Virus record (IMG/VR): IMGVR_UViG_3300044472_000046
Location: 1 to 25,870 of that record
Direction: 5' to 3' (one strand)
From: a virus
Lineage: Duplodnaviria > Caudoviricetes
Length of the DNA stretch: 25,870 nt
Below the pieces are notes generated by a model. That model made no database searches. It had not been told where the DNA came from and worked only from the letters and a program-made list of their open reading frames with translations. Shown here one piece after another: positions 1 to 9,250 of this stretch. Position 1 is the first letter of the stretch. Each line of letters begins with the position of its first letter. The position numbers and the translations under genes are program-made.

Positions 1-2526
1 CGCCCACAGCGCCAAGGCCACGCCATCGGCGTCGAGCGTGCCGGCTTCGCGGCCGTCCTCGAGAGCCTTGCGCACCTGCGCAAGACCGCGCTCAGGCAGC
101 GCCGGGGCCTTCACCTCTTGCGCACGCTGCTGCTCACGCATGAACGTCTCGTCGATGTTCGGTAGGCCTAGGTCGAGAGCTTCGTCGCCCGCTTCGGCCG
201 GTCTGCCGGGCTGATCCCCGACTGGTTTGGTTGGGGCCTCTGCAGCGCCGTCGGCCCCGGGTTGTTCGCCGGGGGCTGTAGCTGCGCCAGGGGGCTGTTC
301 GGCGCCGGTTTCAGCGCCTTGGCTGCCGCCAGCAGCCGGCTTGGTCGCATTCTCATTGGATTTCGCCTTCTCGATGATGGCCTGCACGGCCTTGTCGAAA
401 GCCACGGGGCTGCGCTCGTGCTGCGCAGCTGCCTTCTCGACGGCCTGCGGGTCAGCGTCGAGCGCGCGGCGCACGTCCATCGCACGACCTGCATCGTTGT
501 CGCCCAGGCCGTGGGCCTTACGCCAGGCCGGCTCGTCGAGGTACGTTACTTCGCCGACCGGGATCGGTTCTTGGGGCGGGGCTTCGCCGCCCGGCGCTGC
601 ACGCTGTAGGCTATCGCCAGGGCCTGCTTCTGCGGCTTGCCCGCCTTCATTTCCGCTGACACGTTCTGGTTGAACGCTACCTTGCTGCGGGACTTGTTCA
701 GCGGCATTCGGTGCTCCTTGGGCAGGGGCGCCGCCCTGCGGTTCGAACGGGGCTTGCGTCGCGGTGAGTTCCGGCGGCCCGGCTTTCGGCGGCGCCGGCG
801 GCTGCATCGCGCGCCCTTCCTCGAGCGCGGCTGCATTGCGCGCGGCGAGGCGCTTCTGCGCCCACTCGCTGCCGAGAACAGCGCGCAGTGCTGGGCGGCC
901 GGTCAGCGCGGCGGCTGTCCGGGCGATCCCGCTCGGGCCTTCCAAGGCCGCGAGAACCAAGTCCAGGCCGCCGGCGCCCGTCGTGCGGCCCTTGCCGGCT
1001 TTCGTCAAGCCTTGGCCGCCGAACTCCTTGGCGAACTTGGCGATCTGCAGGCCTTCACCATCGAGCGGCACGCCCTTGTCCAGGGCGCGCTTGAATACCG
1101 CCATGTTGATCTCGCCGCTCGGCGCCGAACGCATCGCGTCGTCGAGCACGTAGGTCTTCGCGATCTGCTTGCGCGCTGCTTGGTAGCTGCTCACAGCGTC
1201 GGCGAGAGCCGGATCGCCGCCCTCGTCAACCATCTTCTGCAGCGCGCGGTTCATGCCGTTGTCCACGGCCTGCGCCGCGTCGCGGTACGAGCCGCCGAGC
1301 TTCTTGTCGCCGGCGCGAAAGGCCTTGTCGGCTTCGTTGCGCAAGTCCTTGACCACCTCGATGGCCGATGCGGTGTTCGCCTCATCGACGCGCAGACCGT
1401 CTACGGCCTTGAGGATCGGGTTCTTGGCGATGTCGGACTTCGGGTAGTCCTTCGCGGCCTCGAGGTAGGGCGACACGATCTTGTCGAGGTCGGCGTTGTA
1501 CTGCGCGTCGTTCGTGAAGGTGCCGACATCCTTGACGGCAGCGTAGTCCTCGCCGGCCTTGGCGCGCAGTTCTTTCGTCGCCTCCGGCGTGAGGGGGGTG
1601 TCTTCCGGCAACCCGACCCACTTCTGGCCGAGCTTCGAAGCGTTCTCGACGTTGTGCGCGGCCAGGTTCTGCGTGAGCGCGGGCTTACCGGCCAAGGACT
1701 CTGTAGCACGAGCAGTCGCACTGCCGCCGCCGGCCTCCTGCGTGAGCTTGAATCCAGCGTCGAGGGCTTCCTGCCGTGCTTGAAGCTTCGGCTCGGCGAG
1801 CTTGGCTTGCTTCGCGCCTTCAGCGAAGGTTTGGGCCGCGACCTGCTGAGAGGTGCGCACCGCTTCAGGGGCGCCAAGTTTCGCCGCAACCCGGGCCGCT
1901 ACATCACGCGGCATCTCGTTGGGCAGTTCCCGGCGCAGCGCAGCGCCGAGCGGCCCAACGGGGCCCTGAAACGGGAGGGTCAGCAGTGTCGCGCCGAGCG
2001 GCGTCGCGATTTCGTTGACAGCGTAGTTGATCGCGCCCGCACCAGCTTGGCCTATCTCGGTCCGAGGCTCGTAGCCGTACTGCTGTGCGGCCGCACTGAA
2101 GGTTTGCTCGGCCGACGGAATCTGCGCTTGGTTCGTGTCGATCTGCTCACGCGATGCACCTTGTGCCAGATCCAGGCCGAGCCGCCCGACGCCGCGTACA
2201 GCGTTGACCGCTGTCGCGAGTGCGCCGACGATACCGCCAACCAGGCCGCCAGCGGCATGCAACCCGGTCTCGCCGATCCCGACCATGCCGCGCGCAGGGC
2301 CGAGAAGTGCAGCCTTCAGCGGTGTCTCCGCTGCCGGTTGCTGCGGTCCTGGTGCTGAGGCATCCCGGTTCGCGTAGACCGGGTTTCCTTGAGCGTCCAG
2401 GCCGCTCGGGATCGCGGCCGTGCCGGAGCGCGGCGCGGGGGGCGCCCCCGTGCCATCTGGCACGAACCCCGGCGGCAACGGTGGCGCTGCGTCGAGTTCA
2501 AAGCCGGGCGGCAACGGTGCGGTCAT
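1..2526 (-). CDS. Large internal virion/DNA ejection protein, 3'-partial (at least 842 aa, starts MTAPLPPGFELDAAPPLPPGFVPDG)
   Basis: ATG at 2526 overlaps the upstream stop (ATGA). I read this frame to position 1 and found no stop, which explains its absence from the ORF track. It has an Ala/Gly-rich N-terminus, a helical core (…LRNEADKAFRAGDKKLGGSYRDAAQAVD…YQAARKQIAKTY…) and a low-complexity segment below ~880. It sits last in the ejection cluster. Confidence 0.85.
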   Translation of the reverse strand, partial: MTAPLPPGFELDAAPPLPPGFVPDGTGAPPAPRSGTAAIPSGLDAQGNPVYANRDASAPGPQQPAAETPLKAALLGPARGMVGIGETGLHAAGGLVGGIVGALATAVNAVRGVGRLGLDLAQGASREQIDTNQAQIPSAEQTFSAAAQQYGYEPRTEIGQAGAGAINYAVNEIATPLGATLLTLPFQGPVGPLGAALRRELPNEMPRDVAARVAAKLGAPEAVRTSQQVAAQTFAEGAKQAKLAEPKLQARQEALDAGFKLTQEAGGGSATARATESLAGKPALTQNLAAHNVENASKLGQKWVGLPEDTPLTPEATKELRAKAGEDYAAVKDVGTFTNDAQYNADLDKIVSPYLEAAKDYPKSDIAKNPILKAVDGLRVDEANTASAIEVVKDLRNEADKAFRAGDKKLGGSYRDAAQAVDNGMNRALQKMVDEGGDPALADAVSSYQAARKQIAKTYVLDDAMRSAPSGEINMAVFKRALDKGVPLDGEGLQIAKFAKEFGGQGLTKAGKGRTTGAGGLDLVLAALEGPSGIARTAAALTGRPALRAVLGSEWAQKRLAARNAAALEEGRAMQPPAPPKAGPPELTATQAPFEPQGGAPAQGAPNAAEQVPQQGSVQPERVSGNEGGQAAEAGPGDSLQRAAPGGEAPPQEPIPVGEVTYLDEPAWRKAHGLGDNDAGRAMDVRRALDADPQAVEKAAAQHERSPVAFDKAVQAIIEKAKSNENATKPAAGGSQGAETGAEQPPGAATAPGEQPGADGAAEAPTKPVGDQPGRPAEAGDEALDLGLPNIDETFMREQQRAQEVKAPALPERGLAQVRKALEDGREAGTLDADGVALALWA
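546..707 (-). CDS. Small basic 53-aa protein MPLNKSRSKVAFNQNVSAEMKAGKPQKQALAIAYSVQRRA…, nested out of frame in the large ejection gene
   Basis: AAGGAG (719-714) lies 6 nt before the ATG at 707, and the stop is TAA at 548-546. The sequence resembles the widespread small phage protein pattern MPLKKG.S…IS.NI..EM.AGKPQKQAVAIA (recalled, not searched). Confidence 0.7.
   Translation of the reverse strand: MPLNKSRSKVAFNQNVSAEMKAGKPQKQALAIAYSVQRRAAKPRPKNRSRSAK
714..719 (-). promoter_or_regulatory. Shine-Dalgarno AAGGAG of the nested 546..707 gene
   Basis: Minus strand reads CCAAGGAGCACCGAATGCCG. Confidence 0.65.
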
Positions 2527-4574
2527 GCCGGAACCCACTGGCCGTTGACGAGCTTGATCCGTTCCCCCGTCTTCGGGTTCGTAGCCGTCTGGGGCTGCTG
2601 CGCGGCCGGCGCCGCAGTGGGCTTGCCCAGTTGCGACATCCGGTCACGCACGCCCTGCAACGCTTCGCGCGCAGCCTGCTTGCCGTTCGCAGCTTCCTTC
2701 GCCATCACGTTGTCGATCAGGCTGACGATGGTCTTCGACGGCAGATCGGCGTTTGCCAACTGGTCCCCGGTGTGAGTAGCCGAGACGGTCAGTTGCGCAT
2801 TCGACATCGGGCCGGTAAGCAGGCGCTGGTGCTCACGAGCCAGCCCAACCAAGGCGGCACGCAGGTTGTTGTAGTCGGCATCGCCGAGCGCACCCTTCAG
2901 CGCGTTGATCGGCTTGTTGAACAGCGGGCCGCCTTCGGTCGCACCGCCCTTAGCAAGCAGCGACTTCACGAGTTCGCCCTGCTTGAGCAACGTATCGTTG
3001 TACTGCTCCACGGCTGTGGTGTACTTCTGCCGATCGGCGAGCGTCTTCGTGTAGGCCGCATACTGCGCCTTGTTGGTGCCGACGTCCTGCGGCGACAGGC
3101 CGAGTTCTTGCGCCATCTCAGGGATGCGGTCTTTCACTGCGGCGATCAACGCCTGCCCCACCTTGCCGCGGGCAAGGCCTACCTGCCAGCCGTTGTCTCC
3201 CGCGATCGACTGTGTAGCGTAGAAATCGACGGTGCGCTGGCGCTTCTCTTGGATCTCTGCGGGGGACAGGAACTTCGTACCCGCGACCGTGCCGTCCCCG
3301 TTGACACCCGGAGCGGCAGCAGGCCCTGTCGGCTTGACCTTTATCAGACCGGCTGCGACGCGAGCGGCCTGGGCTTTGTCTGCTTCGCTCAGGTCGGATT
3401 TCTTGATGTCGGCGAGCTTCTTGCCGAGCGGCCCGGTAGTGGTGTCCTTCGGCGTCGGCAGCGTGCCGGCTTTCTGCATGGCTGCGACGGCCGTGTCTCG
3501 GTCCACGCCGTTGTCGAGCATGTACCGTTTGATCGCGTTCTCTTTCTCCTCCGTGGCGCCGACCTTCGGCGAGGCGCCGAGGTGCCGCAGCGAGTTGAGG
3601 TATGCCTGCGCCGAGGGATCGTCTTGCCCGGCTGCGAGCGCCTTGCCGATGCCGGGGTTCGCCGCCATCGCGGAAACGGCCTCGAGGCGGTGGATGCGAT
3701 CGACAGCGTCTTCCATGTCGAGGGATGCCACCATGTCGCCGGGGTGCGCCGAGCGGTTCTGCGTCACCGGGGCGATGTAGGGCGGCAACGGGTTGCCGTT
3801 GGCATCCACCGTGTCGATGGCGAGCACCGGGTGGATCTTCGTCGGGTCGTTCTGATCGGGCACGATCTTCACGAGCCGCTTCGCTACGATACGGCCGCCG
3901 TTGGGCGCCGTCTCGCCGAGGCCCTTCGCCAGCTCGGGCTGGAACAACGCATTGAGGCCGCGCAGCATCATCTGCTCGTTGCCCGTGCTTTGCCCGGTCT
4001 TGAAGTCGGTCACGGCCTGAGCAACCACCGACGGCTGCCCGTCTTTCGTCGGCATGAAGTCGGCCACGGGGCGGTCCGTCGTGGCCGTGATGGTCTGCAC
4101 CAGGTGCGCGGGGTCCATCTGCCGGATGTCGAGTTGCCCGGTCTGCAGCTTCGACACCGTGTCCTGCGCCTCTTGCTTCATCTGACCCACGAGGGGCGAG
4201 ACGAGCTTGTCGCGCACGGCGCGCAGCGCCGATGCATTGGCCTGCTGACGCTGGGTGAAGTCCTGCTGGTATTGCGCGGGAGGTGCTTGACCGGTGCGCT
4301 GCTGTTCCGCTGCCGCAGCGGCCGCCTCCTTGGCGAGTTCAGACTGCTCGCCTAAGAGCGCGGCCTGCTGATCGGCCGTGGTCTGCCGGTCCATCGCCCA
4401 CTGATCGTGCTTCGCTTGGCGGTCGGCGAGATCCTGCGCGCGCTGGTCGGCGGCCGTCTGCCGCGTGTTCTCGAACTCGCGCTGCTTCTGCGCCTGCTGT
4501 TGCGCGTCGAAGCGCAGCCCGAGGTTGAACCCGGACTCCAGGCCTTCGGCAGCGGCGCCAGCGACGGAAGCCAT
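2523..4574 (-). CDS. Internal virion/ejection protein (683 aa, starts MASVAGAAAEGLESG)
   Basis: Start moved to the ATG at 4574 (TGATG overlap with the upstream stop). Gln/Ala-rich coiled-coil N-terminus and a C-terminal ATNPKTGERIKLVNGQWVPA motif. Lies in the ejection cluster. Confidence 0.85.
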   Translation of the reverse strand: MASVAGAAAEGLESGFNLGLRFDAQQQAQKQREFENTRQTAADQRAQDLADRQAKHDQWAMDRQTTADQQAALLGEQSELAKEAAAAAAEQQRTGQAPPAQYQQDFTQRQQANASALRAVRDKLVSPLVGQMKQEAQDTVSKLQTGQLDIRQMDPAHLVQTITATTDRPVADFMPTKDGQPSVVAQAVTDFKTGQSTGNEQMMLRGLNALFQPELAKGLGETAPNGGRIVAKRLVKIVPDQNDPTKIHPVLAIDTVDANGNPLPPYIAPVTQNRSAHPGDMVASLDMEDAVDRIHRLEAVSAMAANPGIGKALAAGQDDPSAQAYLNSLRHLGASPKVGATEEKENAIKRYMLDNGVDRDTAVAAMQKAGTLPTPKDTTTGPLGKKLADIKKSDLSEADKAQAARVAAGLIKVKPTGPAAAPGVNGDGTVAGTKFLSPAEIQEKRQRTVDFYATQSIAGDNGWQVGLARGKVGQALIAAVKDRIPEMAQELGLSPQDVGTNKAQYAAYTKTLADRQKYTTAVEQYNDTLLKQGELVKSLLAKGGATEGGPLFNKPINALKGALGDADYNNLRAALVGLAREHQRLLTGPMSNAQLTVSATHTGDQLANADLPSKTIVSLIDNVMAKEAANGKQAAREALQGVRDRMSQLGKPTAAPAAQQPQTATNPKTGERIKLVNGQWVPA

Positions 4575-4951
4575 CAGAAGGCCCCTGGCGGCATGTTGGC
4601 CACCAGCATGCACACCGCGAAGGCACTCCCGGCAAGGCCGCCGAGCGTTCCGCCGATCACGCCGCCGAGGCCGGGCGCGATCGCATTGCCTGCGATGGCG
4701 CCTAACGTCGAGCCGAGCTTCGCCATGCCGGCCTTGCCTTCCGCTTCGAGCTTCTGGTTCGCGAGGTTGCGGGTGTTCTCTTGCTGCGCTGCGAAGCTGA
4801 GTTCACCGCCGGCCTGCTTCTCCTCATCCTGACCGAACTCGGCCAAGCCGCCCCCGAAGGGGTTCATGCCGCCGCGGCCGCCGAGCGCAGAGCGCCCACC
4901 CAACGAGGCCCCGAGTCCGAAGGAACTGCCGCCTGCCACTGTCTTTGCCAT
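4574..4951 (-). CDS. Small ejection/pilot protein with glycine-zipper hydrophobic C-terminus (125 aa)
   Basis: GSTLGAIAGNAIAPGLGGVIGGTLGGLAG GxxxG repeats; coupled to its neighbours. Confidence 0.75.
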   Translation of the reverse strand: MAKTVAGGSSFGLGASLGGRSALGGRGGMNPFGGGLAEFGQDEEKQAGGELSFAAQQENTRNLANQKLEAEGKAGMAKLGSTLGAIAGNAIAPGLGGVIGGTLGGLAGSAFAVCMLVANMPPGAF

Positions 4952-4952
4952 G

Positions 4953-5357
4953 TCAGACCCCTACAGGTGCTGGGTTGCCGAGGATGCTCTCCTGGCGGTT
5001 GCGTGTGAGTTCGCGCGCCGTGTTCTGCGCCTGCACGTCCGCCAAGGACTTGCTCAAGCCGAAGCTGCGATTTTTCGCGGCTTGCTCTTCCGGTGTCAGC
5101 TCGACACCCAGGCCGCGCAGCTGACGCTGCATCGCGCCTTCCTGCGAGGCGTACGAACTGTTGACGCGCGTACTCGCCTTTGCCATCTCCTGCCCCGGCA
5201 GCGTCGCGTCGGTGGCGTAGCTGATGAGTTGGTTCTCGACCGGCACGAATGTCTGAACGTACCGATTCCACTGGTCGCGCGTGAGCGCAGCGTAGGTCAT
5301 GCCCGCTGCGTTGCTTTGCTGCGCGCCACCACCGAACAGAGAACTGAGGAATCCCAT
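4953..5357 (-). CDS. Small internal virion/ejection protein (134 aa, starts MGFLSSLFGGG)
   Basis: Strong RBS AAAGGAGG and TGATG overlap at 5357. The MGFLSSLFGG-type N-terminus is typical of podovirus ejection proteins. Confidence 0.8.
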   Translation of the reverse strand: MGFLSSLFGGGAQQSNAAGMTYAALTRDQWNRYVQTFVPVENQLISYATDATLPGQEMAKASTRVNSSYASQEGAMQRQLRGLGVELTPEEQAAKNRSFGLSKSLADVQAQNTARELTRNRQESILGNPAPVGV

Positions 5358-6088
5358 CACCAGCCTCCTTTGATCTTGAGGCCGCCAGTCGGCGCCGGCG
5401 CGCTGCTCGACCACGGGTCGAAGCTCGGCGTCGACAGCCCAGGCACCTTCGGCGTGCTGCCGGCGTCCCACACACCGGCCGGCGCGGTGATCGTGCCGGT
5501 GCCGCCGGTCGGCGCTGTCGACGGTTTCATCAGCGCGCCGATACCTTGCTGCAAGCCGTAGCCCGCGGCGCTGCCCAGCAGGCCCGCAACGCCGGCTGCC
5601 TGCTGCGACTGGACCTGCGCGGTCTCCTGCGCCTGCTGTGCGCCCATCGCGGCCTGCTTCTCCATGCCGGTGCCGACTTGCTCGCGCTCACCGCGGCCGA
5701 GCGCTGTGATGGCGCCCAGGCCGCGCGTGTAGGCATCCGTGATCTGCTCGTCGGCGATCAGGCCGCCCATGGCGCTGCCGTGCGCTGCGTTTTCCTCGAT
5801 ATCACCCAGGCCCAGCTTGAAGCGCGAAGACGCCGGGCCGGCGCCCATGTTCGTCAGCGACTTCTCGACAGCGCCTTGGGTCTGCTCTGCGGCGATCGCC
5901 GCATCGGTTGATGCCTTGCCGGCAGCCATCTTGCGCGCGACCGAGCCCTCTGCACCTTCGGCCTTGATGTCGCCGATCAGCTTTTGCTGCACAGGCAGCC
6001 AACGCAGTTTGTAGTCCTGCATGAGGTTGACCGCGTGCTCGCGCATTGCGGCTTCCTGCGGGGACTCTTCGACGCCACCTTTGCTCAT
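5357..6088 (-). CDS. Internal virion/ejection protein (243 aa, starts MSKGGVEESPQE)
   Basis: ATGA overlap at 6085-6088. Ala/Gly/Gln-rich helical protein with a glycine-zipper-like GVAGLLGSAAGYG segment. Confidence 0.8.
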   Translation of the reverse strand: MSKGGVEESPQEAAMREHAVNLMQDYKLRWLPVQQKLIGDIKAEGAEGSVARKMAAGKASTDAAIAAEQTQGAVEKSLTNMGAGPASSRFKLGLGDIEENAAHGSAMGGLIADEQITDAYTRGLGAITALGRGEREQVGTGMEKQAAMGAQQAQETAQVQSQQAAGVAGLLGSAAGYGLQQGIGALMKPSTAPTGGTGTITAPAGVWDAGSTPKVPGLSTPSFDPWSSSAPAPTGGLKIKGGW

Positions 6089-6474
6089 TGAACCAGCCTC
6101 ACGAACTCGAGGGTTCCTCGGCGGTGCCACTCCGGCCCCAACCGTCTTGCCCAGCCGCGCCGCCTTGTCTGGAAGGCGATGGTCTGAGCTCCGAGTTCGC
6201 GCCCGATGCTGTCGAGCGCGGCGACTTGCCTCTCGAATGCGCCGAACCGGAAGGCTACGGCGATCCACACGAACAACTCGAGGCCTTCACTTCCGGGGCG
6301 TAGGTCGATGACCACCATCCCGTCATCGCAGGCCAAGCAGAGCGCTCGATTTGCCTCGCATTGTGCCCGGATTTCATCGATCTCGGAAGCCGAAGCTACG
6401 CCGGGGCGCAGCCCCCGGCAGGCATGCGTGACGAAAACCGCCTCTTCGATCTCGAAGTCGGTGCCGGAGATCAC
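6085..6474 (-). CDS. GNAT-like (acetyltransferase-fold) protein preceding the ejection genes (129 aa)
   Basis: LELFVWIAV…LDSIGRELGAQTIAFQTRRRGW pattern. Podoviruses commonly carry a GNAT-like gene between tail and ejection genes. The fold call is an inference. Confidence 0.6.
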   Translation of the reverse strand: MISGTDFEIEEAVFVTHACRGLRPGVASASEIDEIRAQCEANRALCLACDDGMVVIDLRPGSEGLELFVWIAVAFRFGAFERQVAALDSIGRELGAQTIAFQTRRRGWARRLGPEWHRRGTLEFVRLVQ

Positions 6475-7379
6475 GATACCGTCGGCGCGAGGCCGGTGAG
6501 AGTCAAAGCGCCGGCGCCAGGCACGAATGCGACGCTGATCGTCGGCGCGAGGCCGGCTAGAGCCAGCGCGGCCGCACCCGGGTGCATCGTGCTGTTGAGC
6601 GTGAAGGTCGGGTTGCCGCTCACGCCGTCCGGGTACGTGATGGCGATACCGTCACTTCCTTGCAACGTACGCGTGATGAGCGAACTACCGACCTTCACCA
6701 CCAGGCCGTCGGGACTGCTCAGCAGACTCGACAGCAGCGCCAGGGCGTCCTTCACGGCGCCGTAGGTGACCGGCAGGAAGTCCTCGAAGCCAGGATCGAA
6801 CCCAGCAACGCGCAGCGCCGGCCAGTCCGGCGCGACGTACAGCTTCTTGGTGTCGACGGCTACCCCGATGGGGATTGCGACATCGAGATAGCTCGGGTTC
6901 TGGGTCAGCCCGCCGCCGATGTCGGCGTAGACAGCACGGTGCACGACAAACGAAGCCGTCGGGATGCCGAGTTCGCCGTAGGTCTGCACCGTCACGCTCG
7001 CGCCGAGCGCTGCGCCGATGGTCGCGACACCGATCGGCGCGTAGACGCCGGTGGGGCTGCTCGGGTCCATCGGCGACACGCCGCCGTCCGATGTTGGGTA
7101 GACGACATCGTAGGCAACGATCGCAGCGTCCGCGCGCAGCGTCACGACATTGCCGGCTACGACACCGAGCAGTGAGGTCACGGTGCCGCGTAGCTGTGAA
7201 ATCTGCGCCTGCAGGGACGCGAGCGTCACTGCGGATGTGCTTGCTGCGGCCCCGCTTTGCAGCGTTGATACCAGAGCTTCGATCGCCTCGATGCGTTGGC
7301 GCGCGCTACTGACGGCCTCTTGGACAGGCCGCAGCAAGAGCTGGTTCGGCGTCGGGATCGCCGGGCGGCCGAGAGCCAT
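6471..7379 (-). CDS. Tail spike/needle or fibre protein (302 aa)
   Basis: N-terminal coiled coil, then a DUF2190/head-fibre-like segment (AIVAYDVVY…PIGVAT…VTVQTYG…IGVAVD). Next comes a fibre-type repeat ITRTLQGSDGIAITYPDGVSGNPTFTL, and the protein ends in two PGAxALxLxGLAP repeats. It follows the nozzle gene. Confidence 0.65.
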   Translation of the reverse strand: MALGRPAIPTPNQLLLRPVQEAVSSARQRIEAIEALVSTLQSGAAASTSAVTLASLQAQISQLRGTVTSLLGVVAGNVVTLRADAAIVAYDVVYPTSDGGVSPMDPSSPTGVYAPIGVATIGAALGASVTVQTYGELGIPTASFVVHRAVYADIGGGLTQNPSYLDVAIPIGVAVDTKKLYVAPDWPALRVAGFDPGFEDFLPVTYGAVKDALALLSSLLSSPDGLVVKVGSSLITRTLQGSDGIAITYPDGVSGNPTFTLNSTMHPGAAALALAGLAPTISVAFVPGAGALTLTGLAPTVS

Positions 7380-7381
7380 GG

Positions 7382-9247
7382 TCAGGTCAACTCCGCGACA
7401 TCTTCGGCCGCTTGCACCACCCGTACGGGCGATGTGCCGAGGATTTCATACTCCAAGGAGGTGTACTCGTCGGTTTCGAGCAGCGTGAACTCGGTCTCGC
7501 CTTCGATGACGACTTCTTCGATCAACACGCCGTCGCCGTACAGCCGCACGAGGATGTTCGTGTAGTCGGTTGCCTTCACCTGCATGATCGACAACCATGC
7601 AGGCCGTTCGAGCAGCCACAGCTTGCCGCGGTAGCGATAGGTCAGGTGCACCGATGGGGATGCATCGAACTGGTAGATCGTCGTGCCGTCGATGTAGTGC
7701 GGCGGGTTCGCGCGCACCGGCAACAGCTCGTCATCGGGCTCGTTGTCCATGTCGAGCACCATGTACAGCTTGTCGGTGATCGGGTCGACGTGCGCGGCCG
7801 AAGCATGGAAGGCCATCGGCACGATGCCGAAGCCGTCGGACTTCATGTCGATTGCGTAGCACCCGCTGTTCGATCCTGATTCCCAGAACATCCAGTAGAT
7901 GCTGTTGTGCGCGACGCCACGGATACTCGACGGGTTCAGCGCCTGCCACTGCTCGCGCGTGAAGACGCTTTCTGTGAGATTCTGGATCTGGCCCACACCT
8001 GCGACGGCCATAAGCCCGTTCGGGCCGGCGAAGACCACGCCGATGCGCGTGAGGTACGCGAAACTGCGCTTGCTCACGCAGGCGTACGGCACTTCCGACT
8101 TCGCCATGCTGTATGCGGCCGGGTCGTTGCCAGATGCCACGTAGACGAAGCTCTCTGTGCCGATCACCACCGTCGTGTCGATGTTGCCGATGCCGACGAT
8201 CGCGGTGTCGGTGTTCAAACGATACGCCACGGGCCATGCGTGCGGCTGGTTCTGCGCTGACAGGCACAGTTGGTTCTTGCTGAAGCCCGCCATGACGCCG
8301 TTCGGCAGCGCCAGGATGCGCTCGAGGTCGTCGGGCGGCAGCTCCCAGTTGTCCGACTGCAGCACCTCGCCGAGCTCACTGTCAGTGAGCGTGTCAGTGT
8401 AGTCGGCCGTGCCAAGCGGGATCTCGGCGACGAAACGGAAGGCAGTGCCTGTCGTGCCGGTGGCCGCGCGATATATGCGCTTGGTCGTGATGACGTAACC
8501 GGTGCTCACGCCGGTCGGCTCACTTGTGGGCGTGGTGATCGTCGCCGACACGCCGTCGGGGCGCACAACCGTCAAGCTCGGCAGGCTCGGCGCGCTCTCT
8601 TCGCCTAGATCGTTCACGAAGGTGAAGACGTAGCTCGTCGCTACGTTTGCCGGCACGTACCCAGTGGAACCGCTGGCCTGGACATGAGCGTTGTCGTACC
8701 AGGCGAAGACCGTCGAGCCCGTTTGCCCGCCCGTGCCATAGAAGCCGCAGTAGTCTCCGCGCGCGATGTTGACCGTGGCCGTGCGCGTTGCGATGTCAAC
8801 GTCGCCCGTCGTGCGCACGGTCGCCGTGACCGTCGTTGTGTTGTCGCTGTTCACAACGGCCTTGATGTGCATGCGCGCCCAGCTATCGTCAGGCAAGCTG
8901 CTCAACGGGATGATGACCGTTGTGACCATCGAGCCGCGGTCAGCCCACGAGATCGCAGTCCCTAACTGGAAGTAGTACCCGTCAGCATCATTGGCCTCGA
9001 GCACTACTGCAATGCCGTTGCCGCTGGAGTCGCGCCACAGGCCCCACCCAGCTTGCCGTGTGCCTGATGCAGCGCGTGAGGCCCGCCAATCGCTCGTAAA
9101 CTCGATGACCGTAGCTGATGCTACGCCGAAGTTGCGTGCGGCGTATGTCGGAATGCCGCCGCCGATCGTGTCGCGCCAAGCAAGACGGTACGATGGCGCA
9201 GGGTTGCCGATCGTCGCGTCTTGAATGACATTGCTCTCGAAGGCCAT
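7382..9247 (-). CDS. Tail nozzle (tail tubular B-like) protein, C-terminal part with an inserted beta-sandwich domain (621 aa)
   Basis: Motifs YVFTFVNDLGEESAPS, KRIYRA, LPNGVMAGF, PHAWP, ACVSKRS and FTREQWQALNPSSI match the 933W/Bcep22-type nozzle as I recall it. In frame with 9251..9757 across one TAA. Confidence 0.8.
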   Translation of the reverse strand: MAFESNVIQDATIGNPAPSYRLAWRDTIGGGIPTYAARNFGVASATVIEFTSDWRASRAASGTRQAGWGLWRDSSGNGIAVVLEANDADGYYFQLGTAISWADRGSMVTTVIIPLSSLPDDSWARMHIKAVVNSDNTTTVTATVRTTGDVDIATRTATVNIARGDYCGFYGTGGQTGSTVFAWYDNAHVQASGSTGYVPANVATSYVFTFVNDLGEESAPSLPSLTVVRPDGVSATITTPTSEPTGVSTGYVITTKRIYRAATGTTGTAFRFVAEIPLGTADYTDTLTDSELGEVLQSDNWELPPDDLERILALPNGVMAGFSKNQLCLSAQNQPHAWPVAYRLNTDTAIVGIGNIDTTVVIGTESFVYVASGNDPAAYSMAKSEVPYACVSKRSFAYLTRIGVVFAGPNGLMAVAGVGQIQNLTESVFTREQWQALNPSSIRGVAHNSIYWMFWESGSNSGCYAIDMKSDGFGIVPMAFHASAAHVDPITDKLYMVLDMDNEPDDELLPVRANPPHYIDGTTIYQFDASPSVHLTYRYRGKLWLLERPAWLSIMQVKATDYTNILVRLYGDGVLIEEVVIEGETEFTLLETDEYTSLEYEILGTSPVRVVQAAEDVAELT

Positions 9248-9250
9248 CGG

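Noticed and set aside
637-4355. Long plus-strand ORFs (573 aa and 711 aa)
   Set aside because: They are antisense shadows of the minus-strand ejection genes: Arg-rich, without motifs, and expected at high GC3.
4575-6268. Upstream starts in the ORF track (4613, 5471, 6268; likewise 836, 11998, 18459)
   Set aside because: They overlap upstream genes heavily. Downstream ATGs with an RBS or stop-start overlap fit better.
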